A DNA stretch of 64,000 bases from an uncultured Dehalococcoidia bacterium (GCA_964608025.1 CAZSLO010000001.1:3114-67113); one strand, 5' to 3'; counted from the first letter of the stretch, positions 48,266 through 57,794 are shown. Notes: generated by a model from the sequence alone, not told the origin. Translations and numbers: made by a program.

Positions 48266-49795
48266 ATGAAAAAGGTGTTTGTTGGAATCACGCTAGGTGT
48301 TCTAGCTAGCCTGGTCACCAGTAGTGCATCCTCACATGGATTTGGAGAGCGATATGATTTGCCTATGCCGCTTAACCTGTTCCTTGTAGGTGCAGGAGCA
48401 ACTGTTGCGTTATCTTTCGTAGTCATAGCGATATTTGTGAAGAGTGGATCTGCGGAAATCGGTTATCCTCGTTACAACCTACTTAAAATGCCGTTGTTGG
48501 GCCCAGTTATGTCCAGTGAGTTATTGATTACTATCATAAGATTACTCTCTGTTTGTATTTTTCTCCTTGTGGTTGCGACTGGCTTATTTGGGAACAATAC
48601 CCCAATAGAGAACCTGTCTCCGACTTTTGTCTGGATCATTTTCTGGGTGGGAATGGGCTACGTGTCGGCTCTCTTTGGTAATGTTTGGGCCATGATCAAC
48701 CCATGGAAAATAATCTTCGAATGGTTTGAACGAGTGATGGGTGTTCAGGATGGCGTGATGTTCAGGTACCCAGAGTATTTGGATACTTGGCCTGCAGTTG
48801 TTTTGTTCTTGATATTCGGATGGCTTGAGAACGTCTATCCACAGGCTGCTATTCCGTTGAATCTTTCGGTATTAATTCTACTGTACTCATCTGTGACGTG
48901 GATAGGCATGCTGTTGTTTGGGAAACACACGTGGTTGCGGTATGGTGAATTCTTTTCTGTATTATTCGGATTGTTCGCAAAGTTTTCCCCGACTGAAGTT
49001 CGTTTGAATGGAGATAAGGAATGCCGTAAATGCATTGGATGTAATCTGTCGAGAGCGGCGTGTGTGGACTGCTACGAATGTTTTGAAAAAGCGGATGAAT
49101 GGGGTGTTAGGCGGGAATTCAATCTTAGGCCCTATGCCGTTGGACTGGTGTTGGTGAATAACCTATCGATCTCACGATTTGGATTCGTGATATTAACTCT
49201 TGCCTTGGTGACCTTCGATGGCCTGTCTGAAACACCCCTTTGGAGAAGTATACAAAATACATTTTATTCGTCGGCATCTGCATTTGGCACCGATGGTCTA
49301 GGGGTTATCAATACTGCTGGTCTAATAGTTATGCCACTCGCGTTCCTCGGCCTTTATCTTGGTTTCACGTGGGCTACCCGGTTGTTGTCAAGGGAAGACT
49401 CACCAGTTCTACTTGTTGCAAGAGTTTTTGTGATTTCCTTGATTCCGATAGCCTTGGCCTACAATCTAGCGCATTACATTGGATTGTTTTTGGTACAAGG
49501 GCAGTTTTTGATACCCCTCGCATCTGATCCATTTGGCCAAGGCTGGGATATACTCGCTACATCAGGCTATAAGATAAGACTCAATTTAATTGGTACTAAG
49601 GCGATCTGGTATATCTCAGTCATTGCCATAGTTTTAGGCCATATCGTATCGGTTTATGTGGCACATACCTTGTCGTTGGGCAGACAAGTTAGCCGATCAG
49701 ATGCGCTCCGTGGGCAGTATCCGATGCTGTTATTAATGGTTATTTACACAGCCATTAGCTTGTGGATCATCGCCCAGCCGATCGTGGAAAGATAG
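48266..49795 (+). CDS. Polytopic membrane protein (FedB 'fenitrothion hydrolase'-like family) with Cys-rich loop
   Basis: Signal then HGFGERYDLPMPL; FWVG, INPW, PIALAYNLAHY, SDPFG.GW, GHI..V..AH, QYPM...M..YT; CxxCxxC-x6-CxxCxxC insert. Confidence 0.65.
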   Translation: MKKVFVGITLGVLASLVTSSASSHGFGERYDLPMPLNLFLVGAGATVALSFVVIAIFVKSGSAEIGYPRYNLLKMPLLGPVMSSELLITIIRLLSVCIFLLVVATGLFGNNTPIENLSPTFVWIIFWVGMGYVSALFGNVWAMINPWKIIFEWFERVMGVQDGVMFRYPEYLDTWPAVVLFLIFGWLENVYPQAAIPLNLSVLILLYSSVTWIGMLLFGKHTWLRYGEFFSVLFGLFAKFSPTEVRLNGDKECRKCIGCNLSRAACVDCYECFEKADEWGVRREFNLRPYAVGLVLVNNLSISRFGFVILTLALVTFDGLSETPLWRSIQNTFYSSASAFGTDGLGVINTAGLIVMPLAFLGLYLGFTWATRLLSREDSPVLLVARVFVISLIPIALAYNLAHYIGLFLVQGQFLIPLASDPFGQGWDILATSGYKIRLNLIGTKAIWYISVIAIVLGHIVSVYVAHTLSLGRQVSRSDALRGQYPMLLLMVIYTAISLWIIAQPIVER

Positions 49796-49936
49796 TAATG
49801 ATTACTTATATTTCCACGTGTTAGTAGCGCCCAAACATACACTGATTCAAGTAGTGTATTTCTCTTTTGCCGGTAGAGCTAGATATTCCGCCAAATGATT
49901 GGGTATTTACTGTCTAGATTGGTGTCCTTACTTTAA

Positions 49937-50206
49937 TTAATATACATCCAGGGTGAAACGGGATTCCTTAAAGTCCATCTTCGATTTTGAAAGATGTTCC
50001 GCAGTTTCTGGGTCAAGTCGGAGGAGTTCTACTCCTTCATGTTCAATGACTTGATCGCGCTCTCGTTCGACATCAATGACTATTCCGAAGTCCCCTTCTC
50101 CTTCCCAGACAGGAGGGGTAGCGAGTCTGAATCGCTTGTCTTTACCAAGGTCATATTTACCAATAATACGCCGTAATTCTTGTTTTGCTTCTTCAGTGAT
50201 ATCCAT
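49937..50206 (-). CDS. HesB/IscA-like fold small protein lacking the Cys ligands
   Basis: MDITEEAKQEL..., DQVIEHEGV.LL.LD, MDF pattern. Confidence 0.55.
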   Translation of the reverse strand: MDITEEAKQELRRIIGKYDLGKDKRFRLATPPVWEGEGDFGIVIDVERERDQVIEHEGVELLRLDPETAEHLSKSKMDFKESRFTLDVY

Positions 50207-50211
50207 TTGAT

Positions 50212-50988
50212 CTATGTAGTCAATGCGTCACGGATACTACCTATTTGATTTTCAGTTAGTCCGATGACACGCGTATATGCCTCTATACCTCCGTATACTT
50301 TATCTAGGTGATCAAGAGTCCCTTCCATTCCACCAGGGGGGCAGAACTCATCCTCGAAATCTTTCGGGGAATTGATTGCCTTTTCTGCTTCTAACACAAC
50401 ATTGTCAGATCGATCTTGACCATCTAGTGTGCGTCTGAACAAGTATTTTGCCGTGAGAGAGTAGTCAGAAACGATTGTCTCCCTTGGTACGCCTGCGAGT
50501 CCAAGGAGGAGGGCAGTGATTACCCCTGTCCTGTCTTTGCCACCTGCACAATGGTAAATCGCCGGTTGATTTTTTGTATCCGCGAGTGTGCCAAGAGTCT
50601 CGGCTATTTGTGGTTGGCGTCTATCCAGCCATCTTGTGTACATGGTCACAATTCTAGATGCGGGGACACCAATCTTCACCCATTCGTCTTCAGGGACCGT
50701 CGGAACGTCTCCAACAATGTTGAAGTTGTGATATGTGGCCTTTCTAGAGTCGTAGAAAACGTTTGGGTCTGTCTGAGTTTCTAAAGTTGTCCTCAGGTCA
50801 ATCACAGATTTTATTTCGTATGCCATGAGCGTGTCTTGGTCACCAGTTGTTAGGCTGCCCATACTGTCTGATCGAAGGAATATTTTCCACTGGGTTGTGC
50901 CACCAGTATTGGTTGGATATCCGCCAATATCCCGGGTGTTATAGTTTCCGTCGAGAGGTATATGGCGACTTGCTTCTATAGGCAACAT
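50212..50988 (-). CDS. Protein tyrosine/serine phosphatase (IphP/Y_phosphatase3 family)
   Basis: N.RDIGGY, LRSD, VIDLRT, HCAGGKDRTG, DY.LT; start moved to ATG 50988. Confidence 0.88.
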   Translation of the reverse strand: MLPIEASRHIPLDGNYNTRDIGGYPTNTGGTTQWKIFLRSDSMGSLTTGDQDTLMAYEIKSVIDLRTTLETQTDPNVFYDSRKATYHNFNIVGDVPTVPEDEWVKIGVPASRIVTMYTRWLDRRQPQIAETLGTLADTKNQPAIYHCAGGKDRTGVITALLLGLAGVPRETIVSDYSLTAKYLFRRTLDGQDRSDNVVLEAEKAINSPKDFEDEFCPPGGMEGTLDHLDKVYGGIEAYTRVIGLTENQIGSIRDALTT

Positions 50989-51125
50989 TTGTTTGTATGC
51001 TCCATGGTAGATGTGGCTTCTAGGATATGATGACTTGTAGAATTGCTTCAAGACTAGCAGATCTCTGGACGGAATAGTCATAGTTGGATAACCTGATCGG
51101 CAATCTCGTAGGCAAGGAGCTTGAA

Positions 51126-52115
51126 TTGCAACAGAGACCACTCGGACGGACTGGCCGAACAATTCCGGCGATTGCACTGGGCTGTGTCACATTTGGCCGT
51201 GAGATTAACGAGGAAGATTCATATCGAGTTATGGACTATGCCGTGGAAAAAGGATTGACATTCTTCGATACGGCTGAGGGTTATGGTGGCGGTCAGTCAA
51301 AGGCTGTAAGGCTAGAAACCATGGGGATAGACGACCAACGTGAAGTGACTACGGAAATGAGTTCTTCTGAAAATATTATTGGGAGGTGGATGCAAAAGCG
51401 CGGTATTAGGGATGAGATCATTCTTATGACCAAGTTTAATACTGGTGGTTCGGCTGAGAATGTCCATCGTGCTTTAGCTGATAGCCTTGATAGGCTTAAA
51501 ACTGATCATGTAGACATATATAAACTTCATCGGCCTTACCCAGACGTGCCAGACGATGAGACGATAGGGGCACTTGTTGAAGAGATGGATGCTGGTAGGG
51601 TAGAAGTGATTGGGTGCAGCCAGCATTCAGCTGAGCAGTTGCGTAATGCTTTGGATACTAGTGCCTCCCGCGGTTGGCCCCGGTATGAAATTGTCCAGCC
51701 AGGATATAGTCTTGGGGATCGTGAAGCAGAAAAGGAACTGCTCCCATTATGTGTTGAAGAAGAGATTTCAGTGACTCCTTTTAGCCCATTAGGGGCCGGT
51801 TTTTTTACCGGCAAATACACCCCAGATCGTGCCGATATTCCCCAGGGTACGAGATACGACATTATGCCTGCACATGCGGACATATATTTTTCAGATCGCA
51901 ACTTCAAAATTGTAGAAAAACTACGTACCAGGGCTGCAGAGATGGGTTTGCCGATGGAACGCTTAGCTATGGCCTGGACCATGAGTAACCCTGCGATCAC
52001 AGCTGTTCTCACAGGGGCCCGTAAGCCTTCTCACATAGATAATGCTATTAATGCTTTCAATATGGGACTAGATCCGGGCCTGAGAGCTGAGATATCTTCT
52101 TGGGGAGACGATTAG
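51126..52115 (+). CDS. Aldo/keto reductase
   Basis: RPLGRTG, FDTAEGYG, SLDRLKTDHVDIY.LH, SPLGAG; TTG 51126 behind AAGGAG. Confidence 0.88.
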   Translation: MQQRPLGRTGRTIPAIALGCVTFGREINEEDSYRVMDYAVEKGLTFFDTAEGYGGGQSKAVRLETMGIDDQREVTTEMSSSENIIGRWMQKRGIRDEIILMTKFNTGGSAENVHRALADSLDRLKTDHVDIYKLHRPYPDVPDDETIGALVEEMDAGRVEVIGCSQHSAEQLRNALDTSASRGWPRYEIVQPGYSLGDREAEKELLPLCVEEEISVTPFSPLGAGFFTGKYTPDRADIPQGTRYDIMPAHADIYFSDRNFKIVEKLRTRAAEMGLPMERLAMAWTMSNPAITAVLTGARKPSHIDNAINAFNMGLDPGLRAEISSWGDD

Positions 52116-52210
52116 CTGCTGGTGTGTTCCATTAGACAAAAACTTGTTCGATTTGGTGTATCAACCTGCCACTGATACCCCTGCTGGATTATGATCAGGG
52201 ATATTCTCAA

Positions 52211-54013
52211 TTGCATTGGGAAATAGATAAAAATCATCTTGACTCTCCTCAATGGATCACCACGAGTAGATTACTCCGTTTAGGAGAGTCGATAGAGTTC
52301 GAATTTTTTGCGCCTAGTGGTATTGGACCTGGGCAACTGGTAATTTTTGAGAGATACCTTGAGCAGTTTAAGGATACTGGTGTAATCGCTGTGGATGGAG
52401 ATCTCTCATGGCTGGATGTTAATTCCCCCGAGGAATTACCATTGATATTTTCTGATAATCGGGCATCCATGGCTTATCGCCCTGTAGAGCCGGGTAACTA
52501 CCTGGCCAGGTGGAGTATCGATGGCGAGGTTATATACCGGTATTTCGCTGTAATAGAGGATGATTGGGTTGTGTTGCGATTTAGCACTGGGGTCGGACTG
52601 GACCCATCCCCTAATTGGCATGAGACTGGTATTCCACTGGATTATCGATTGCCAGTGGTTAGATTTGGAAAGGAGCGGATGTCTTATCCGGGGGAGTCAG
52701 GACAATTCGATCCGGACGACCCAGTATTCCAAGTACTTAAAGAGTACCACTGGAGATATGGGGATGCAGTGATACCACATCTTCCAGATACACCTGAGAT
52801 GGATATGGATAATCGGGTAAAGTACTATGGGGATTTGCTAGAACGCGTAAAAATTCTGATGCCAGACCCAAACGCTATTCGCTCTGCACGAGTCAGCATG
52901 AGGCACGATCTAGACCCAGGATATACACAAACTTTTGCCCGACTTAATGTCCACGATCATTGTGGATTGGAAGAAGCAAACTGTCCCCCCTGGTTGGGTA
53001 TGCCCGAGTTTCCCTATTTTTCTTCTCTGGTTGACTGTCGAAAGGTTAACCAAGGGTCGAGAAATAGTGTTGTCGCCCATCAGTGGGATTTCTGTGGTGG
53101 GTGGCATTTTCTTGGCCCGACTATCTGGCACCATGAAATGGCTGAAGGACGATGGGAACTGACGGAAAGCTGCTTGCGACAGGGAATCCTTGAAGCAGAA
53201 AATATGGCGGATTTGAGCGGACATCCTGCTTTTCTTTTTCCTTTATATGATGGTGTTTTTCAAAGAGGTGAGGCTGAATACGATTGGGCAAAACGGCTTC
53301 AGGAATTGATAGCTTTTCGGCTCACGAAGGAAACCCCCCTTGCTTTTGCACGATCAATAGACATTGCCGACTACTACCGGAGACATTTTGAAAACACGCC
53401 AACAACAGTATTTGTGAGCCAGACGGACCACTTGGATTATGATCGGCACTGGCTTGTGGGTTGGCATAGTCACGATGTGGGGGTTACCCAGGATAAAATT
53501 CCCTGGGATGTAGGGCCATCAGATCTTCGCGTTGCTTCTAGATCTGGATCGGTGGCTCACCTGGAGGATCAAGGTGGTGAGGCGGTCCCAGAGTTGTGCA
53601 AAGATCCTTTATCTACAGAGTACATCCTTATCGAGGATCAACATCGACAGGTTCGATTTGAAAGAGAGAGCCCGATACCAGTCTGGTATTTTGATTATAC
53701 TGATCAAATCGCAGGGCCGGTTGGTAGTGAGATTGCCCACACTGTAATCCCTGTTGCGAGAATAGATTATCCTGAATGGGACAAGAGTGAGGACGGTTTA
53801 TCTGCAGAGTTAAGTATCACTTCCGATGCTCCATTTTCTGACTATGCCATTGCTGTATGGGGTCTGCCGGGAGATTATGATCCTATTACATGGACAATTA
53901 GAACTTCTGCAAAGAGACATGTTCTTGCTCGAAATACCCTAGGAGAGAATCACCTAGTTTTATTCTTTGATCTGGAGCGAAATCAAACGCTGGATATTCA
54001 TCTCTTGGAATAG
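52211..54013 (+). CDS. Large hypothetical protein
   Basis: 600-aa uninterrupted ORF, Trp/His/Asp-rich, WLGMPEFPYF motif; no family recognised. Confidence 0.7.
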   Translation: MHWEIDKNHLDSPQWITTSRLLRLGESIEFEFFAPSGIGPGQLVIFERYLEQFKDTGVIAVDGDLSWLDVNSPEELPLIFSDNRASMAYRPVEPGNYLARWSIDGEVIYRYFAVIEDDWVVLRFSTGVGLDPSPNWHETGIPLDYRLPVVRFGKERMSYPGESGQFDPDDPVFQVLKEYHWRYGDAVIPHLPDTPEMDMDNRVKYYGDLLERVKILMPDPNAIRSARVSMRHDLDPGYTQTFARLNVHDHCGLEEANCPPWLGMPEFPYFSSLVDCRKVNQGSRNSVVAHQWDFCGGWHFLGPTIWHHEMAEGRWELTESCLRQGILEAENMADLSGHPAFLFPLYDGVFQRGEAEYDWAKRLQELIAFRLTKETPLAFARSIDIADYYRRHFENTPTTVFVSQTDHLDYDRHWLVGWHSHDVGVTQDKIPWDVGPSDLRVASRSGSVAHLEDQGGEAVPELCKDPLSTEYILIEDQHRQVRFERESPIPVWYFDYTDQIAGPVGSEIAHTVIPVARIDYPEWDKSEDGLSAELSITSDAPFSDYAIAVWGLPGDYDPITWTIRTSAKRHVLARNTLGENHLVLFFDLERNQTLDIHLLE

Positions 54014-54091
54014 GATTGAAATATACAGTTTCTACTGTATTACTCATGGCATGTGATTTTGGTTATCCAAGATGAGTGGATTGTCCCAAAG

Positions 54092-55324
54092 TTAAATTCC
54101 TTTTGGTAGTTGACCAGAAGGTCTTGAGTCGTCAGGGTGGAAGTCGGGAACGTCTATTGGATGGGATCCCTGTTCTATGGAATCTGCTGCCAGGATTGCG
54201 GGAGCAGCGGTGTCCATTGCCTTGTAGACATCGAATTCCTGTGGTTTTTCTCCCAGTACGGCCTCCCTGAAATTACTGTGTACGATATAGTCGATACTTG
54301 GTATTGAATACCCGGTTGTTTGCCTTCCACCAATGTAATCTGGCTTTATTTCGGCCAAAGCTGCCGCTTCTGAAGGTGATGGACTTGGTGCGTCAGTTCG
54401 CTCCTGGCGCCAGTCTACCCGTGCAACATCATGCATCTGGCTATCGGCTAGCCACATGGATTGCAATTCGTCCATGTGAGGGTTGGTTTCAAGGGTCCCA
54501 TGAGAGGCTATCAATTGGTATCTATGACCACGTGATTCACGGGACCGACCGGCAGACCATGCACAAGCCATTCTCATAACGGTGTCTTTTTCAGTGTGTA
54601 ATAGTGCTACCTGGATATCCGATTTTTTAATAGCGTCATAAAGATAGCTTTGGGGCCTAGTGCCCATACCGGTAACCTTTACGACCCTATCGTCGAGAAT
54701 ACTCAGCATGGCACTTAGGTCATGACAGAGATAGTGTATAGGAGGCATCTTGTGTAACCAGGTCGGCTGTGCATCCGGGTGATTTGCAAGATCGGGTATG
54801 TCTATAAACTCTCCGGTTTTGGGATCCTGGTAGTATCGGTGGGGACTTTTACGACTAAAATATTCTCCCTCGACATACCCGACGTGTCCTAGTCGCCCTT
54901 GCTGCACCAGGTCGCGCCAACCCGTGATAAATCCTGAATATCGCATTTGCTCTGCAAGCATATAAACGAGGCCGGTTTTCTCCTGGGCTGCCACTATCCG
55001 CCAGAGGTCTTCCATGGTGTGTGCTGCCGGGACCTCAGAATTCACGTGCTTGCCGGCTTCCAGTGCCTTGGCTGCCATTGCCCCTTGTTCTTCACACCTT
55101 ACGCATAGAGCGATCGCGTCTATATTTGGGGCTGCAAGCATATCTTCATACGAGGAGTAGGATTCGACCCCTTCCCTGTTTGATATCTCAGCGAGGGCGC
55201 GCTCTTGGAGTGGGAAAATATCCCCAACCGCGGTTATACGGTAGCCATCTATCCTGTCGAGGACTCGTATCCAGTGAATACCACGATGGCCAAGTCCAAA
55301 AACTCCGATCCTAATCTCATCCAT
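54092..55324 (-). CDS. Gfo/Idh/MocA family oxidoreductase
   Basis: GVFGLGHRG, ALEAGKHVNSEVP, EGEY, HYLCH. Confidence 0.88.
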   Translation of the reverse strand: MDEIRIGVFGLGHRGIHWIRVLDRIDGYRITAVGDIFPLQERALAEISNREGVESYSSYEDMLAAPNIDAIALCVRCEEQGAMAAKALEAGKHVNSEVPAAHTMEDLWRIVAAQEKTGLVYMLAEQMRYSGFITGWRDLVQQGRLGHVGYVEGEYFSRKSPHRYYQDPKTGEFIDIPDLANHPDAQPTWLHKMPPIHYLCHDLSAMLSILDDRVVKVTGMGTRPQSYLYDAIKKSDIQVALLHTEKDTVMRMACAWSAGRSRESRGHRYQLIASHGTLETNPHMDELQSMWLADSQMHDVARVDWRQERTDAPSPSPSEAAALAEIKPDYIGGRQTTGYSIPSIDYIVHSNFREAVLGEKPQEFDVYKAMDTAAPAILAADSIEQGSHPIDVPDFHPDDSRPSGQLPKGI

Positions 55325-55411
55325 TCTGGGTTGCCTCCATGACAGTTATTTCTCAGTGCTATCTGGTATCAAATATTCGCTGGCCAGGGTTCCTGCGACG
55401 CTACCATAACT

Positions 55412-55570
55412 ATGGTGCGGGACGATGGAAGTGGTTTGTATCTGGGCTATCCAGTGGCAACACAATTGGACGATGGCCGCATCTTCACAGCCTATTATTT
55501 TATGGAGTCTGATGGTAACAATTTCGGCGGAACTCGATATATGGCTGGTAGCTCCTTCCGATTGCCTTAA
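55412..55570 (+). pseudogene. Orphan C-terminal fragment of a BNR/sialidase-like gene
   Basis: VRDDGSGLYLGYPVATQLDDGRIFTAYYF resembles CGYPSVIQLDDGKIFAAYY at the end of 55971-57059; frame closed upstream by TGA at 55340. Confidence 0.65.
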
Positions 55571-55685
55571 GCATCGCAATTTGTCAGTTCTACCTTTTGG
55601 GAAAATCCATGCAGGAGTTCTTTTTACTTAAGTGTTGGGTCACGGATAACCGTATTAATATACGTAGAACCCTAAGACATACCAT

Positions 55686-55817
55686 TCAACGATGATGACG
55701 ACCAGGTCCTCTCTTTGTCCCGTTACGCTTATCCCATTGCTTATGTTTATTAATGCGCTTCACGAATTCCTCTGTCGTTTCTTCTCGCTTTTCACGTTTG
55801 TGCTTGGATCTGGCCAT
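55686..55817 (-). CDS. Small basic protein (43 aa), below the ORF-track cutoff
   Basis: MARSKHKREKREETTEEFVKRINKHKQWDKRNGTKRGPGRHHR; SD TGGAGGGG at 55830-55823; minus-strand TATAAT at 55921-55916. Confidence 0.6.
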   Translation of the reverse strand: MARSKHKREKREETTEEFVKRINKHKQWDKRNGTKRGPGRHHR

Positions 55818-55970
55818 AACCGCCCCTCCATTTTGTGGACAAGACTTAGTGCGCTAACCGCTGGAGACTCCAGTTCTACTTGCGCTATCTTTAGAATACG
55901 TAGAACCTTTTGTACATTATAACCTGTCACCGCAGTACTGCAGGAACTTTAAGAAGACGAGGGTTTATTA

Positions 55971-57059
55971 ATGCCATATCAGTATAGATGGGAAGTTGAC
56001 AGCGAGATACTGCTTGTTAATAAGAAGCCCACCAAGCGCTACATGATCGCCACGCTTGGTGGATACTTCCCGGTAATTCAGCTACTGAAAGACGGCTCGA
56101 TTGGAGCTGTGGTAGAGGCTGGAGATTTCCACGTAGGGGAGCGAGGACGATTGGACTTCGTTCGGTCCCTTGATGGAGGGGAGAGTTGGCGCGCCGCACG
56201 CCCAATCGAGATCGATGGCCCCGACGTTCGAAACCAGTCATTCATCAGCCTGTCAGATGGGACACTGCTGGTCTCTTACGTCCACGCGGCTTACCATAAT
56301 GGCCAATTCGACGAAACTAGAGGATATGGTGAAGTCTACGTTATCCGCTCTAATGACTACGGCGATACCTGGAGTTCCCCAAGACTCGCGGACCTTAGCT
56401 CGATTCCCGTCCCGGGCCCACAGTACTCTCCATATGGCAAAATGACCGAACTTCCAGACGGGACTATTCTTATGCCTATGTACGTCGGTTCGAGGTCCGA
56501 CCCAAAGCGACGTGATTCGACGTTACTGCGGTCCAATGATGGTGGCGATACATGGGGTGATGGATCCCTGATCGCCTCGGGATTCGATGAGACAACCTTG
56601 CTCTACCTGCCATCGGGAAAGTTGATTGCAATGATGAGATACAGTGGTAATAGGGATTCCCGCGGAGCAAATCTCTGGCAGGCTGACTCCGCTGATCTTG
56701 GGTACAAATGGAGCAAACCTCGAAATGTAACCCACCCCTATCAGCATCCAGCCGATCTATTATTGCTCAGAACGGGACGGATTTTGCTGACGTATGGGCA
56801 CCGCCTACCGCCGTTTGGAGTACGGGCATTGATCAGCAATGATGAGGGCAAGACTTGGAATCATGATAACGAGATTGTACTGACTGCAGATAGCGCTAGT
56901 AGCGATTGTGGCTATCCTAGCGTAATTCAGTTGGATGACGGTAAAATATTCGCCGCTTACTATGCCTACGAGAGTCCGGGGCCGTTTAAATACAACAATT
57001 TCTCGTCGCTAGGTCCCCACGGCGCCGGAGTGAAATTTGAAGAATCTGACATTCCATAG
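55971..57059 (+). CDS. Sialidase-family (BNR/Asp-box) beta-propeller protein
   Basis: Five Asp boxes: SLDGGESW, SNDYGDTW, SNDGGDTW, SADLGYKW, SNDEGKTW; CGYPS. Confidence 0.85.
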   Translation: MPYQYRWEVDSEILLVNKKPTKRYMIATLGGYFPVIQLLKDGSIGAVVEAGDFHVGERGRLDFVRSLDGGESWRAARPIEIDGPDVRNQSFISLSDGTLLVSYVHAAYHNGQFDETRGYGEVYVIRSNDYGDTWSSPRLADLSSIPVPGPQYSPYGKMTELPDGTILMPMYVGSRSDPKRRDSTLLRSNDGGDTWGDGSLIASGFDETTLLYLPSGKLIAMMRYSGNRDSRGANLWQADSADLGYKWSKPRNVTHPYQHPADLLLLRTGRILLTYGHRLPPFGVRALISNDEGKTWNHDNEIVLTADSASSDCGYPSVIQLDDGKIFAAYYAYESPGPFKYNNFSSLGPHGAGVKFEESDIP

Positions 57060-57157
57060 TCGAATTAATGCATGCGATGATGGGATGCGAATCCATGAAT
57101 ATAGGTTTTACAGGCCCTCAATTTCTGAAATTGTAGTCATTTGGCACTTGTCTTAAA

Positions 57158-57598
57158 CTAGCGATCTTTTTCCATCTGACGAAACCATTCTGACATTGCT
57201 TCCGTAAGTCTTTGTCCGGCCGTTTCAAGTTCTTCGTTCCATTCTGAGGAGGGAACACCAGCCGCTGCTAACTCATTAATACGAACCATTTCATTTATAG
57301 CCTCAGAGAGTTCTTTGTGAGCAGCACTAATCCATGATGCACTAATAGGGACTGAAAGTCCGATATTATCTCTAAAATTTTTGAGGGCCTCAGTCTTACA
57401 GCGTTGATCCCGAGTCGGTTTACAAAGCTCAACTTCACTATTCACATCCTCAAAAGCAGTAACCATTCTTTTTTCATAGTTATGGACATTCCGATTATCC
57501 GGGTCATCTACTCCTTTACCTAATTCTGGATTATCGTGTTCGGGATTGTCCAGATAGCTGCATGCGCTCAATAGAACAATGGCAGCACAACCCAGCAA
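57158..57598 (-). CDS. Hypothetical lipoprotein (true start may lie upstream, near 57622)
   Basis: Lipobox LSAC followed by a helical domain. Confidence 0.6.
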   Translation of the reverse strand: MLGCAAIVLLSACSYLDNPEHDNPELGKGVDDPDNRNVHNYEKRMVTAFEDVNSEVELCKPTRDQRCKTEALKNFRDNIGLSVPISASWISAAHKELSEAINEMVRINELAAAGVPSSEWNEELETAGQRLTEAMSEWFRQMEKDR

Positions 57599-57794
57599 TA
57601 GTATTAAAACAAGCTTGTTGATCCCAGGACCTCCAGCCTTTTCCAGCTTATCAAGATAGCATGAGAGGCATTACTTTAGGAACTTGAGAAAGAGAGAGAG
57701 GTGCTTAGTGGGTGTTGATATTAATAGAGAGGATGCTATTATCGCACTGGTAATGGTAGATTCGAGAGTCAAACTCACCAATTAGAACAAGGCA

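Noticed and set aside
49937..50206. HesB-like selenoprotein
   Set aside because: No in-frame TGA and no Cys/Sec motif in the frame.
55692..55922. Plus-strand 76-aa hydrophobic ORF
   Set aside because: It is the antisense shadow of the 43-aa minus-strand ORF, which has the better SD and -10 signals.
57685..57701. GA dinucleotide run as a phase-variation tract
   Set aside because: Only about five perfect units, intergenic and not clearly within a promoter spacer.
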